Shown here: piece after piece, positions 1 through 14,440 of the stretch | Numbering within the stretch: position 1 is the first letter of the stretch | Layout: each line of letters begins with the position of its first letter | Assembly: GCF_001194135.2 (NCBI RefSeq) | Contig: NC_068994.1 | Location: forward strand, 903,441 to 967,440 | Source: Octopus bimaculoides | Taxonomy: Eukaryota | Direction of reading: 5' to 3' | Length of the DNA: 64,000 nucleotides | Position numbers and translations under genes: made by a program | The notes under the pieces: generated by a model | What the model was told of the DNA's origin: nothing | Seen by the model: only the letters and a program-made list of their open reading frames with translations | Databases searched by the model: none

Positions 1-3000
1 TCATTTCCTTCTCACACCAACACACAACTATCTGCCCGTCACCACCCCACACATTGTTATTCAGGGTACTGCTATGTACTTCATATTCCTGGGTATGGTG
101 TGAGAGAAGCAAGAGAGTTGTATTATGAAGAGGCGCAGGGAAAATAGAAAACACTGTTTGCTGCAGCCTGCTTTCTCTGCTTTGTTGGCTTTTGTGTGTG
201 TGTGTGTGTGTGTGTGTTAGATTTTTCTCTATGAGATCTCTGCTTTGCTCACGCTGTCCATGTGTAGTCACTGTTACTTTGCTCGTTTCTCATGGCTTTC
301 TTACTGATTCTTTTGGGAAAATGGGGATTGTTAAATGGCCAAAGTGGGCCTTTGGTCAACATGATCTTTCTCTCATTTTAATTTACCCTGACACTTCTTC
401 TGTCAAAAGGAATTTACAAATTGTCTACGAATTGAATGACCCCCCCACACCCACCCTTCTCACTGCATCTACTGCTTTTTACAAATAGAAAATTGAAATA
501 AAAAAAAAAAATGTAACTTTTGTTGGTTTTTAAATTATTCTCACACCTTGTGTAATCATAAATGTGCACATGCGCTTCTGCACATATGCATACACCAATA
601 CAAAAGCCGATGCAGTATCATTCTTTTTTCATCTGCACACGTGCAGAAATGTGTACACATATACATCTAACACTGTTGTAGACAGCAAAATGTATAAAGA
701 TACTTAAATACTTTATTTTGTACAAAATTCTGATTTTGTACAAAATTCTTATTGGTTATTAATAACAAATTAGTTTTCCAATATTTGTCTTATGTAATTG
801 AACAGTGAGAAAGATGAGGCATGCACAACATGAACAAGTGAAAGCTTAAGCTGTTTAAGCTCCTACTATTTACACCCAAATTCTGCTGACGCCATTTTAT
901 ATATCATGCAATTGCTTGGTTGTTTAAGCGGTTAAATATTTTGTTTAATTTTACTCCTCTAACTGACCACTGGACAAAGGCTTGTAGGGATGGAAGAAAG
1001 TTGATCTTTTCTCAGACATGTTTTTTTGGACTAAATGATGAAGAGCTGAACAATTGTGTTGTCTAGCTGGCCTGTCACTGCACAGTTGTCTATCGTACTG
1101 TTGAGACAGTAGACCTGAACGGTATGAATAACTGACCACTCCAGCTATCTTCTTCTTCTTCTTATTATTATTATTATTATGATCATCATCATCAAAATAT
1201 ACTCTCTACAGATGACCACTTGGTTTACACATTAACAAAACAGTTACAAAAGGTAAACATTAAATGTATTCCGTAAACTATTTTTTAAAAATTCAAACTT
1301 ATTTTCCATAACTCTATCAGTTTGTCCCCTTTCTGTTGAAACCGGTTCACAGTCTTCTCTTTACAACTTACACATTTCTTTTGTTTTTGTACACACAGAT
1401 CATACTTTATGTTGTGTTAAATATTTCTTCTCTTATCTAATGTTCTCGTTCATTCTGCGATGTATTTGCTCGACTTCTTTCTTGCGTTTCTCATACACAT
1501 AACAAATACCATGAAATTCTTCAGAGCATTTCTTTGTTATCTAATTAAATAATTTGTCTCATTAACGTGTTTGAAGTTGTGTAGTTTATTAAGCCTCCAG
1601 CTGGTGTCAGTGAACATTTTGAAAGAAATTTTTATTTAATTTTACATAAAAGTGACAGTATTGATTACAAAAAAGATGTTGGTATATTTCAGTTTTGCAA
1701 TGCTTCAGTGTTTGCTGTGAATCTTGTTTAGTTTGTTCAGTCTGTAACAGTGAAATATCAGGTGTAATTAACAGCCAGTTCTCTAGAGATTGATTAGTTC
1801 CCTTTGCCATCATTTCTAAATTTTATTTAAATGGAAATAGAAGTCATACTTAAAAAGTTATGGAGATAAGCAAGTGTTTTTAAGTTATCTCTAGATGAGA
1901 TAATTCTAGGTATCTCAAATTATGTTGAGATCGTATTTCATTGGTGTAAAAACTTTGCATATCTTATGGAAATTATTTAAAATGTGAACATCCCAAATCA
2001 CATTCTTCCTTTTCGAACTCTCAAATGTTTCCCTGTGTTGCTCCTCAATACAACCAGACTTGAGAGTTCTTTAATAACAAATGTGAACAACTGAGAAGTT
2101 TTTCCTTCATAGATTGTTTTATTGGACATTGTTAACATATTGTTTCCCCCTCATCTCATATGTCTTCCTTTTTCTTAGAGATTACCCTTGAAAGATGTCT
2201 CAACTTGTCATCTCCTTCTTGTTTTCTTTTCTTTATACATAGCACACTCTATACATCTATAAACACACACAAAGTGCTTGTGTGTATGTACACACACATG
2301 TATATACGCAGTATATATACACAGTATATACAATAAACACACACACTGACTACATGCTGACCTCTGTCCACATCTCACATGCTATTCTCAGTCCTCTGGA
2401 GCTGAATCAGAGTCATTTCTCACTTTGAACACTTTATACATTTGCACACTTGCTACGCGGCGTCTGTTTGTAAGGTTAAACAAATTCTGTTGTTTACACG
2501 TATGAAGAATGTTTTCTAGATTTTCTCTGGAGACACTCTCCTTCTCAAACTCCTCATGAATCGACTTCATACATTGGAGTAGAACCAACAGACAATAGAT
2601 TCTCAGTTTATACTCATTACTCCTTAAATTCATCTTCTATGTGTTACACTGCCATTTCTTGACCATTCATTCCTTTCCATTGTACCCACAATTCCAAAAC
2701 ACCAACTGCCCTCTGCAATAATCACTTGACATCAAATTCATATTACTTCTGTCCTCTGCATTTTCTGTTTATTTTCAAAACTTGGTCTCTCTTTAGCCCA
2801 GATCATATAAGTTACATAGAACAGAAACTGAATTTCTTTTCTATTGTGTTTTCTTAGTTTTCCATTTGCTGACAGCTGGCATCATTTCATTATATTTTCT
2901 CTCTCATTAATCCTGTAATTATTTCACACTTCTACTTCACTAAATAACAAAGATCCATTCAATTTGGAAGACAACTGTCACATTTTGGTATTGTTGTAAT

Positions 3001-3221
3001 AATGTTCAAGGTAGTTGAGGAGTGTTTAGCTTGAGTAGAGCCTGAATGCTATCAACCTAGTTTAGATCTCAGAACATTTTGTAATATTTTGGAGACCAGA
3101 AAAAAGTGAAAATTCCGATTCCGATAATGATTTCAATAAACCAAACAATTTTTCATATTATTGTCATAGATTTAATTTTGTTCAACGAGAATGCTTTCTG
3201 ATTAATATATAATTCCTGCTT

Positions 3222-3430
3222 AGGGTGGCGAGTTGGCAGAATCATTAGCACGCTGGGCAAAATACTCAGCAGCATTTTGTCTGTCTTTATGTTCTGAGTT
3301 CAAATGCTGCCAAGGACAATTTTACCTTTCATCCTTTCGGGGTCAATAAAATAAGTACCAGCTGGACACTGGGGTCGATGTAATTGATTTAACCCTCACC
3401 TGAAATTGTTGAGTGAAAATTTGAAACTAA
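3222..3430 (+). mobile_element. tRNA-derived SINE, family A
   Basis: Head GGTGGCGAGTTGGCAGAATCATTAGC and body CTTTCATCCTTTCGGGGTC..AATAAGTACCAG. Homologous copies at about 8953-9150(+), 9696-9830(-), 24395-24555(+), 35610-35825(-), 58133-58310(-), 58890-59010(-) and 59290-59474(-). Confidence 0.88.
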
Positions 3431-3978
3431 TATATTTCTTTTGCTTAATGCTACTCATTTGTTATTTGAAATCAAAATGTTTAATCACATCTCTGGGGAT
3501 TTTAGCGATTTTTTTCCTCCTCTTTCTTGCAACTTGACAATTTCTGGAATAAGATTTATAATCACCTTTTGAGTGAATGATTCGTAATTGGTTGCTTTGA
3601 ATTATTGAATAAAATTGTTGAGTCCCAGGGAGAGACTTAGAGATGTTTGTGTGTGCGTGTGATGTATTACTCTAATAATACTGAAACAGATGTATTGGGT
3701 TCACTTGATTTGGAAACGGGCCTGGATACAATCTGCTGATATTAAATCCTACAACACTGTCATTACTTTACCACATTTTCAAAATATTCAAAACAAAAAT
3801 GTTCATTATGAACTTATTGTAAATTGAAAAGTGGAGAACCATGAAATTCAATCAGGAATGGCTAAGAAGAAAATTATTCTGACTTGTATATGGAAACAAA
3901 TTTATGTTCAACTTTCTGACACATAATTAAACTTTAAGAGGACTTTTTCAGTATTTAATTCAAACTAGTATGACATTC

Positions 3979-4300
3979 AAGAGGACAACATTGCTATAAG
4001 CAGGTCAGAGGTTAGGGAGCTGACAACACTTCTGTGACCACTTTATATAATGGAGAGTTGAGAGGACAACATTTCTGTGATCAGCTTTTACAATAGGGAG
4101 ATAAGAGGGCAACGTTTCTGTGCCAAGTTTATATAGTAGGGAGTTGAGAGGATAACATATCTGTGAGAAGTTTATATAATAGGGAGTTGACTGGACAAAA
4201 TTTCTGTGACTGGTGTATATAATAGGGAGTTGACAGGACAATATTTCTGTGATACATTTATATAACAGGGTTTATGTAACAGGGAGTTGACAGGACAACG
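3979..4300. repeat. 43-bp minisatellite, about 7 degenerate copies
   Basis: TCTGTG recurs at 4031, 4074, 4117, 4160, 4203 and 4246; unit approximates ATATAATAGGGAGTTGACAGGACAACATTTCTGTGA.... Confidence 0.92.
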
Positions 4301-4899
4301 GTAGGTTGACCTGTTTGTAGATTAGGGTGTTGATGGTACATCATTGCAGTGATCTGTCTATTTTAAAGTCAAATTTTTGAACAATATGTTCTATGTTGAA
4401 TTTATGAAAAAAAATTAAATTTTGTAAACAAAAATTAGTGTCATGCTGAATTTGTAAATTTTAACATGAATAGAATTGTATCTATATTATACTGGAAACT
4501 GTGTATTCACACTTTCTAAACTTCAATTGATATGTGGTTGAAATGCATATTTATTTATTTATTTATGTGTTTCAGCCAAGTGGCTGCGGTCATGCTGGTG
4601 CACCGTTCTGTATCTTTCTTGCATAACATTACACCAGGATGAAGGAAACAATATCTTCTACATTTGCTGCTGTCCATTGATTTTGGAAATAGTTTCTCTG
4701 TTTCACAAGCAAAACCAAAGCCCTGCCTTTGACTCTTTGATAGCATAGTCCTGTTCAAAACTAAATCTCAAAAGCTTCTTTACATGATTAAGATTTTAGA
4801 TAAAAATCAGTTATCACCAAGACACAATATTATAATATTTTTGTATTATTGCTGTGTTGGTATCTTTGGAAATAATAACCCAAAAGAGAGAAACTTTAC

Positions 4900-6266
4900 A
4901 TGAACAGGTAATGAAATTGCATGGGTGTGTGGTGTGGGTGCTGAGAAGTTGTCAGTTCTGATGTGTGTGGAGTGGTGGGGGTTGGGATGTGTGAACAGGG
5001 GTGTGGGGGTAGTGGTGGGATGTGTAGGTTGAGGGGGTGGTGGTATCAATGAAGAGAGGAGGGGGGAGTTGAGTCCATATGGCACAAAGGAGCGAAGAGA
5101 GAAGATTAACTCCTGTTCACAGCAAAGGCAGGAGTATGGATGGCTCCTGTGCAAAGACAATTTGAACACAGACAGGTGTTGTAGTGAATGACCAGTAGAA
5201 GTGTCATTGCTGAGTCTGATATCTTGGAGGAGCTGTGTAAACCGGTCAGCCAAGCAGTGTCCCGTTTGACCGATGTACAGAGAAGGGCAGAAAGAGCAGG
5301 AGATGCAGTAAATGATGTTGCTAGAAGTGCAGGTAAAGGAGTTGGTGATATGATAGGGATGATGATGGGTGCCTGTGAGGATGGTGGTTTTGGAGAGGTA
5401 GAGACGAGTGTGGCAGTGTGGGCAGGAGCAAAGGAATGAGCCAGGATGGGAGGTGGGGTTAGGGAAGAAACTGTAGACCAGGAGGACATGCATGTTGTGG
5501 GATTGTTTGAAGGAGAGAAGGGGTGGGTTGGGGAAGATGTGTGAGGTACAGGGGTTAGAGTGGAGTTGCCGGAAGGCATGGAGAATAGTGTGTTGGAGGG
5601 GAGGGTAGAGGGGTGGTAGGTGAGGGAAAACGGGGAACAGGCAATGGCAGGGTGGGTGCGGAGAGAGAGAGAGCAGAAGCACGGTCCATGAACCGTGCTC
5701 TGCCAAGGGCTGTGTACATAGTGGTGAGGGTATATCCATAAATGATGAAGCATCAGCCATGAGTTGAGACTGAGTTTCAGTCATGGTTGTCACTGCAGAG
5801 CCTGCAAAGACAGAGGAATTGGGTGTAGGGAATGAAGAGTTTGGTGTGGGTAGGGTAGGAGAAGTTAAGGTAGGAGTGTGAGTGGGTATGCTTGTAGTGG
5901 ATGGAGGTAGTGAGAGCAGAGTGGTATATGTTGACAGAAATGTCGAGAAATCCGATGAAAGTGTTGGAAATAGCGCAGAATTTGAGAGCAGGATGGAAGG
6001 ATTGGACAAAGGAGAGGAAGGAGTCTAGTTGTTCGCGGGAGAGTGAGGTTGCACCGATACAGACATCAATATAACAGCCATATAGTTTGGGAGTGGGACC
6101 AGTGAATCGTTAGAATATTTGTGTCTCAATGTAGCCAGCGAACAGGTTCACATAGTTGGGGCCCATTCTCATGACCTGTTGGTAAAAATCCCCCACAAAC
6201 GAGAAGCAGTTGAGGGAGAGAACAAGTTCGGCCAGATGAATAAGTGTAGAGGTGTCAGGTTGGGGA
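4900..6266 (-). mobile_element. Penelope-like retroelement relic (RT plus GIY-YIG endonuclease), 5'-truncated and pseudogenised
   Basis: Minus frames give LIHLAELVLSLNCFSF, RMGPNYVNLFAGYIE, LYGCYIDVCIG (YIDD changed to YIDV at 6073-6062), FHPALKF, FLDISV, and FTCTSSNIIYCISCSFCPSLYIGQTG...EQELIFSLRSFVPYGLN. Stops and frameshifts are present. Confidence 0.92.
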
Positions 6267-9200
6267 TATATATATATATATATTTTAATGGCTCACCTGT
6301 ATACAACTTACCAGGGGGAGACAACAGAAAATCTGCTTCAGTTTATGTAGACAGAGGTACATCAGAACAGCACTTCTGCAGCATACCACAGACACAGCTG
6401 CACTTCTATTACTACTATAATACACTCTGAGGCAGTTAGGAACCTTTATTGTTACTTGACCTGTGAGAAATAGCAGCTAAATCACCCTCAAATTATATCC
6501 TATTTGAAAGCCATAAAGCCATAAAGTATATAGTTATGGAGTTATAAAAATATGCGAAAGGCATGGCTGGACTATGTTTGATTGGGGCTGAATTTGGACT
6601 AAACAACAAAACAATCCGAAGAGGGAGTCTGTAGATTGGTACATCTGAATCCCTTAAGGAAAAACATATCGGATAAAGAGCTCATTGATAGATCATGTCT
6701 GGAAATAGGTAATTGGCTGGTTATGGTCTGTGCTCCTAGGTCTAGTCTGTCAGGCATGATCCAAGGCCAAAATATATCATCATCATCATCATCAAGTAAG
6801 CCACTTGAATCTTACATTTTGTGGGAACAAGAGAACCCCTCTACTGACACTTAATTTCTTAGAAATAGCTGCCAAATCTCAGATCACTCGCCATCATGAT
6901 CATTACATCATCTCAGTGTCCACTTTCCCATGCATGCATGGGTCAGACAGAATTTGATAATGCAAATTCTCTGCAGCTAGATGTTCTTCCTGTGGGAATT
7001 CTTACCCGCTTCCAAGTAAGGTAATGGTTCCTCTTGGCCAGACATGGAATATTGGAGATGAACAACATCACTTGTATGTGATGCTTCTTCACAACAATCA
7101 TATGCCAAATCAAGGAGACACCAGCTCTCTCTCACACACTTGCCATAAAAATTCCTTAAAGAATTCTTCCATGTAACTGACCCCTAAAAGAAATGTCATT
7201 CAGTCGATGATTTTCCTCTCTCCCTGAACTCCCCAACTTGTTTAATTGTGTTGAAGAGATGCTGTTATTAATTAAACATACCAGCAGACTAACTGGAGTA
7301 ATACAACCCCTTACTTTGTCTTCCTTTTACTGTTTTCTAGAGTTATCTCTATTGACTTGGCCATTCATATCAGTAACATCAGTACCAGTAATATACATGG
7401 GACAGCTGTAAAATGTCTCCTACAATGAAATCCTTTTGTTTTGATCCTCATCATCTTAACTTTTTAATATTACTTTCCTTGTAAAGCGTGTAGTCTTGTG
7501 CTGTATGTCTGCTACCTCTTATTGATTATTAATATTGATCACTGATCAATTTGACTGGTCTAGACATTCTATATCATTTGTTTCCCATAGGATGTATTCT
7601 TCAATACTAAAACTGAATTGTCAACAGCACTACTATTTCAATATTCCCACCTTCAGCAATCAGAAGAGTTCACTCCAATATTTATTCTTGCAGCCTTACA
7701 CAAAACTTATTTGATGGTTTTAAACCTTTCCGGTCTCTTTCTTCCGACTTATCTAACTGCTCTTTCTGTCTGTTCCTTTTGCAATGTTATGATTTATAGT
7801 TAGCAACTGAACACAATAGAGAAATTAAATATTGTTTCCGAGTTGTTTTGTTGTGTTGTGAGTTTTATGCAGAGAATGAGAGAGAAGAGAGGAGAAGGGT
7901 TACACGTTGTATTGTGTTGTTGTGGTGCTCTTGATACAACTTCTGCTTTGTAATGTCCTATGTTGTAGAAGCATGGCTTGCCATGGGTTAGGGTTAATCA
8001 TTTTAGGGCCTCAGGTAGAATAAGGTTTGCTGTGCACTGTGTAAAATATGTGAATGTCACATTGAGGTTCAGCAAAAGTGGTGCTATGAATTATAGACTT
8101 CAGCCTGATATTGTCAGCATTTCTTCTAAGATATGGTTAGGGTGAGAAGCCGGAGCCAGAAAACAGTAAACTAGCAGTTTCTTAACTCTTTTTGTCTCAT
8201 CAGTGACCTTATACACAGCACCTACCTATCTGGTTCTTTCAATATCGCTTATATTTATGTGCTGATGTGTTCATTTAAATAATATTACATATCTCGGGGA
8301 ATTTCTACATAAAAATTGTTATTAATTCTTCTTTTTCTCTTCAAAAAGTTGAATTTCTTAACAGAATAAACAAATTCTAAAACTGTTTTAAAAGTTTGGC
8401 AGTGCTAAATTTAAGAGACACACAAAGAAGATTTGGAAAAGTTTGTCTCAACCAAGACCTCGCTGGGACTAAATTCCTCTACTATTTCCTATTAAGGTTT
8501 CCTCACTACATATGGATGCTAGGATTTCCATGTCTTTGGAGATGCACAGTGTGTAGATAATAGAATCATTATTCCCTTAACCAACCACTGTGAGAGAATT
8601 GTCCAAATATTGTTGAGTCAGACATAGATAGCTTCCAAACAATACAAGAGAGTCGAGAAGAGCCTCTTGTGTCTGTATACGACAAAGAACTAGTTTAGAA
8701 AAATCTTTGAAAGAAAGATAGTGTTCTGTAAACTAAGTAATGGCGGTTGATTTAATTAATTGTACTCACTCGTAAAATCGGTTTTTATTGTATCAGATGT
8801 TAGAAATCATTTTTATTTGTCAGTATGTGGAATAGGGAAGTGTAAGGGGATTCCTTAAATCTTCTTTGTGGTGTTGGATAGAGTTGTCACTGCCTAACCT
8901 TTCAAAGACGGTTTTATGCTTTGATTAATTAAGATTAATAATTAGTATGTTAAAGGTGGCGAGCTGGCAGACTCGTTAGCACATCAGGCAAAATGCTTAG
9001 CGGCATTTCATCTGTCTTTACATTCTGAGTTAAAATGCTGCCAAGGTTGATTTTTGTTTTCCATCCTTTTAAGGTCGATAAAATAAGTACTAAATGGGTG
9101 CTGGGGTCAATGTAACCCACTTGCCCACGGCCTTGTGTCAAAATCTCAACCCAATAATTAGTATGTGATGTGAAATATGTTTGCTATTGCCATTGAAATA

Positions 9201-12200
9201 GAACTTCAGCTTTGTTCCTGTTCATATAATATCTATCCACCATCGACCACTGGATTAAAAACCTGTTGTTGATGTCAGTCATAATTGTTATAGGGTTAAA
9301 TTCATTAACGAGGAGCAGGAGTTGGAATGTGTGTCTGGCCAATTTACTATGGACTGACTTAGCTAGTTTACAGTTACTGAGAAGATATTAACGTTAAAAT
9401 ACATTGTTGATTGCTAATATAATGTGTGTGTGTGTGAGTCTGTCCCCTCTAGATATTTAGATATTAAACAATATTGTTGTCATCTAGTAAGACTGTTGTT
9501 GCTGAAATAATTATCTCAATTAATTATCCCACCAAATCATCCAATCTTATACTATTTAAATAAACTCAATCACCTACAGAACTAATTCTCCCACTTTTTA
9601 TTGAAGAATATTAAATATTTTTTCTGTCTGTCTTCTCCTCCTCCTCCTTCTTCTCCTTCTCCCTAATAATAATAATAATAATAATAATAATGATAATCCA
9701 TTCTGCTGAAGGCACAAGGCCTGAAATCTTGGGAGAGGGACTAGTCGATCACATTGACCCCCCCAGTTTTCAACTGGTACTTAATTTTATCGGCCCGCAA
9801 AAGGATGAAGGGCAAAGTCGACCTCAGAATGTAAATAACCAGAAGAAATACTGTATGGTATTTTAAGGCTTAGTGTTTCATGAAGAAGTGTTCCAACTGG
9901 CTGCCATCAATGATGCCAGTCACTCCGTGTAGTCCTGATTGAGGACATCTGTGACCAGATTATTCATTATGTTCTTTCAAAAAAGATTGTTAGGTGTGAT
10001 TGGATGAAGATTTGGCTGCTATTTCTTGTAGGATTCCTCATTGGTTCATTTGTAGCTAGTGTAACATGTAGGAAGTGGTTAATTAATTAGTCACTGTTGT
10101 TAATGCTGGTCATCAGAGCAGATTACGACCTCTTCTTAGTGGAGAATTGCTGCATTAAGGGGACGCTATCCTTGTCATGTGTTTAAAATGTTGCTAGGAT
10201 AATGTCCCTTGACTTTTGTGAATGTTCTACCAAATGTACTAAAGAGCTCTGCTACTGAGTAAACAGCTTCCAATATACTCATAATACAGTATTTTTTTTT
10301 AAATTCTGCCTTCTAATTGTATTTCCAACTCTTTTCTAGTGTGGAAGGTTAAAAATAATTCTTTACTATTCAATGTAAATTAACTGAGAATGAAAGTTCA
10401 AAACCATTTTATTTTGTATTGTAACTATGAAAAAGATATTTTTTTTCTTCCCAATTAGTGTTATTTAATGTAGAGTAATGTTGTCATTGAGTTAAACTTC
10501 TATATTCTGTATTATATATTTCTATTCATCATGTCTTTTAGATCATGTTTTAATAATTTAATATCTCATCGGTTCAATGCTGTTTAATTAATGTTTTTGT
10601 TACCAAGCAAAACCCTGCCACTTTTTAATGAATTTCTCCAGTGGGTGGGAGGGAACATTTAATGTTTACTTTTAGACTACTAACTAGTGTAAAGTTGTTT
10701 AATTAGAGATAGTATTTTTAGTTGTGAGTGCACTGACAGCTATTGTCCATTAGTAGGCTTCTATTCCACTAAACAACTAAAGCAAATCAAAGTTTAGAGG
10801 AATTACTGATGTTTTTCAGGTGATTTTTTTGTTTTTTATACTGTAATCTCCACTTTCAATGTAGATGTAAACTGGATGACTAGAGACCATACTACATTAA
10901 ACAACCCTCAGACCCTTATTAATAAAGATCAATAAAGGGGACTTCAAAAATATTGTGCTAATTTCTATAGCACAAGTGTGAAAAGACTAAAATTTTATTT
11001 AAAAATAAGCAAGAAATAGAAACTGAAATTCTAGGCTTTATGCAATGTTGTAAGTAGCTAATTTTTTCTAGCTTAAATTCTGTTTATAGGATAAAATAAA
11101 TAAATATCTGTTTTTAGATTAATTCTACTATATGCAGCGTGCTGAAATAACATTTGCTCCAAAGTGTGGTGGTCAAAACAAATTGGGGACTGCTGCCATA
11201 TTTCCCTCAAACCATATTCTTCTGTCTGTCTGTTTGTCTCTCTTTCTCTATCTCACTCGTGTCCTTTTCTTTTTTAGAGAGACAAAAAATTAAGTGAAGC
11301 CACATTAGATAATGTTGCCTTAGATATACAATGCCTGAATAAAAGATATGGACCAGCTGGATTGCTTTTGATCAGAGATCTGTGTGATCAAGGCTGATGT
11401 GGTGTTTAAGCAACAAGGGTTTTCATGACACAGGGGTCGACTGGGTGTTCTTGAAAGATTAGCTAATGTCAGTCTTTGACCATTCTGTTTTGGGACATAT
11501 TCCTGGAAACAAGTAACAAGGAACGTCTTGGTAGACTTGGCTAGTGGATAATAAATAGCTGAAGATAGTCCATAGCAAGTAATGATAAATGGAAGAGATG
11601 CAAGTTTACCAATGTTTTAGCAAATTTGAAATATCGAGTGGGGTTTATAGTTGAGTTGTGGAAGAAGGAAAGAATGAACGATAGAAAGATTGGTCAGAGA
11701 GAGATTGTTGGAAAATAGGGAGAAGCTGTAATCTACCTAAGAAACCTTCAAAGGAGCAACTAGAAAGATTAGTTTGACAATTTCTGAGATATTGGTAACT
11801 TGGATGTGAGTAGTGGAGGGTCTAGTTATATTACCATAGTTACCAATATTACAACCAGAATGAGGGATTGTGGAGAACCCAATTATTGTGAATCGAATCG
11901 AATGGTATCAAATCCTATTTACTGCATTACCTTTCATTTTGATTTGCATCTTAGTAGGATACTGTCACAAGGTATCCATTTTATCCATACTGCTTTCTAA
12001 CTAGTGACTGACCCTGCTGATTCTTGAAGTAGAGTTATAATCAACATAATATTTGACTAAAACGTTTGAAATGTCTGTTAATTGTTTGGTGAACAAAATC
12101 TTTATTTTCTACATACATATACTTGTGAAAAAATATTTTGAGTAGTAATGTCCACCAGTTATATTGGAAATTTATGAATAATTTCTGTCGTTGTATTAGC

Positions 12201-14159
12201 ATGAGCTGCTAAGTCAGCAGGTGGTGTTTGACTGAAAGATAAATAATAAAGTACCATTACATTAAAGGAAGTTTGAAATATTATTACTCGATAATATAGT
12301 GGTGGTGATGGTGGTGTTGAGTAGCTGTAAGTTTTATGAAATATAATAAATAAAAGGTGGGTATTGAGCTGTAACAACAGCCTCCTTGATATATGGCAGT
12401 ATGATATTGTATTTGTAGTGATTCCATCATTCTTCCATTTTGTGTCTCAGCATTATATTTCCACAGAAACTGTTTGCTTTGTTCATAACAAAGTTGAGAT
12501 ATTTTATCTGACAGTACACATATCACTGTAATAAAAGAACAAAAATATTTGTCTTGTCTCTAATATGAATTATTGAAATTACCTGTCTTTCCCAATGAAA
12601 GTAAATGATGTAATCACTAAGTTCACTGAAGTGGCTGGCTGGATTTTTAATTATTATTTAAAATATCAAAGTGGTGTGTGTGCATGCATGCGTACGTGTA
12701 CATGTGTGTAAGTCATCAATGTTAAACTAAGATTATTCTGCAGACGTAAGTCTTAAATTGTTGCTAAACTTTTGTAGATTTTTTCTTTTTTTTTTTTTAA
12801 TGGAGAAGTGATCTGGTATGATTTAATGGAAGATCTGCTGACACTTGTATGGCTAGCAGGTCTAATGAAGCTGACGAGAAATAAAAGTGTTATAATTTGG
12901 ATATGCTATCCACATGGTCTTTCTGTAGAAAGACTGTATAACTAACCAGTCTAATGGAGCTGATGCTGATGATGATAAATAGATAGGGAGATAAAAGCTA
13001 TGTGTTTTTAACATGGCCTTTCCATACATAACAAGCAGGTCTAATGTAACCACTGCTGCTGCTGTTGAGGATGGCATCAACAATATAACATAGATGTTCT
13101 ATGAATATAGTCTTTCTGTGTCATCAAATGAACACATTCAAATGTTAACCCACTTGTCCGGGATTGATTGAAATGATTTCTCTCGAAAACAATTATTTTT
13201 TTATTATTTAACCCCCATGTTGACCCTGATCCACCAGCTTTGTGATCAAAGAGGTTCCAGTTATGACCATTTGATTATTTCTGTTTTTCAGGCAAGATAC
13301 ATAGATCTCAATTTTACTTTTTTTTTTTGATAGTAGGACATATGTTGAGGGAGATTCGGATGGTTATTAACTGTCTTGTATGTCACTTGAACTAAATGTT
13401 GCTCCAGTCAAGTCTGTGTTGAATTTACTTGAATTTCTTGCTTAGATTATTAGAATTGATTGACATAGCAGTGAACTGTATCGGATCAGTTTATTTTGAG
13501 TATATGATTGGTTATTTAGGGGGTCAAACAGAAAACACAGCCTTTGAAAGTCTCTAACCATCTTAGACTTTCTACTGTTTGTGTTTATTCCTTCATCCTA
13601 CTAATTGGAGTGGACTATATTATAAATATTTCCAACTTAATTACTGTTGTACAGCATAATATCTACCCTGGGTTTCCCACCCAATATATTTCAGTTAATT
13701 CTCCATCTATTACTCTCTCTCTCTCACCAATTATATAACGAGGTAAGTTGTTTGATCTGTACATATTTAATTCCTCCGCTATTAATCTTTATCACTCTAC
13801 CATCATGATGCCTGTCTAATAAGGGATGGCATAGATCTGCCCAGGTTTAGTACCTTTTCCCATCACCCATCTATATTGCTACTCATCCACACACACACAC
13901 ACACACTCTCTTCTCCCCATTCTGCTCTTCATTGACACCTACCATTCTCACTACATTATCTCCCAACTTTATCCTGTACCATTCATACTGTTTCTCTAGT
14001 CAGCCTCCTCCTTATCAACAACCAGCATGTACCTACTACGACTACTACTACTTTCTTTTTCACATTACTTCTTCTTTTACCTCTGTCAGTCTGTTTCTCT
14101 CATCAAACTACGCTTTGTCTCTTCCACTCAACCAACCAGGTTTACCTTGAATCAAGTTT

Positions 14160-14440
14160 ATAGTCTTGCTGAGAACAGGGCAGCCTGTCTAGTGCCGGTG
14201 CCATAATAAAATACACTCACTACACTAATGGTTGGTATATAGCAGAGGAGGTAAATTTGGGAATCATAGCAGGACCTGTGTAATACTGGTCTCACAATAA
14301 AATGCAACCAGTACAGTCTGTGAAGAGGTATTAGGAAAGGCTTCCAGTCTTCGAAACCATATTGAGAGTAAGACCTGGTCTTCCATCTCAGCTTCAAGTG
14401 CAGTAACTTTGAATAAGATGTTTGGTGACCAATCCAATAT
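14160..14440 (-). mobile_element. Possible degenerate CR1/L2-type LINE RT C-terminal fragment
   Basis: FLIPLHRLYWLHFIVRPVLHRSC loosely resembles the LY-x-x-LVRPxLEYC motif; weak. Confidence 0.3.

Noticed and set aside
3222-3300. tRNA-like A/B-box sequences (also at other SINE heads)
   Set aside because: They continue into SINE bodies and lack a complete cloverleaf; not functional tRNA genes.
5188-5439. + strand 83-aa ORF
   Set aside because: Antisense shadow of the Penelope GIY-YIG region.
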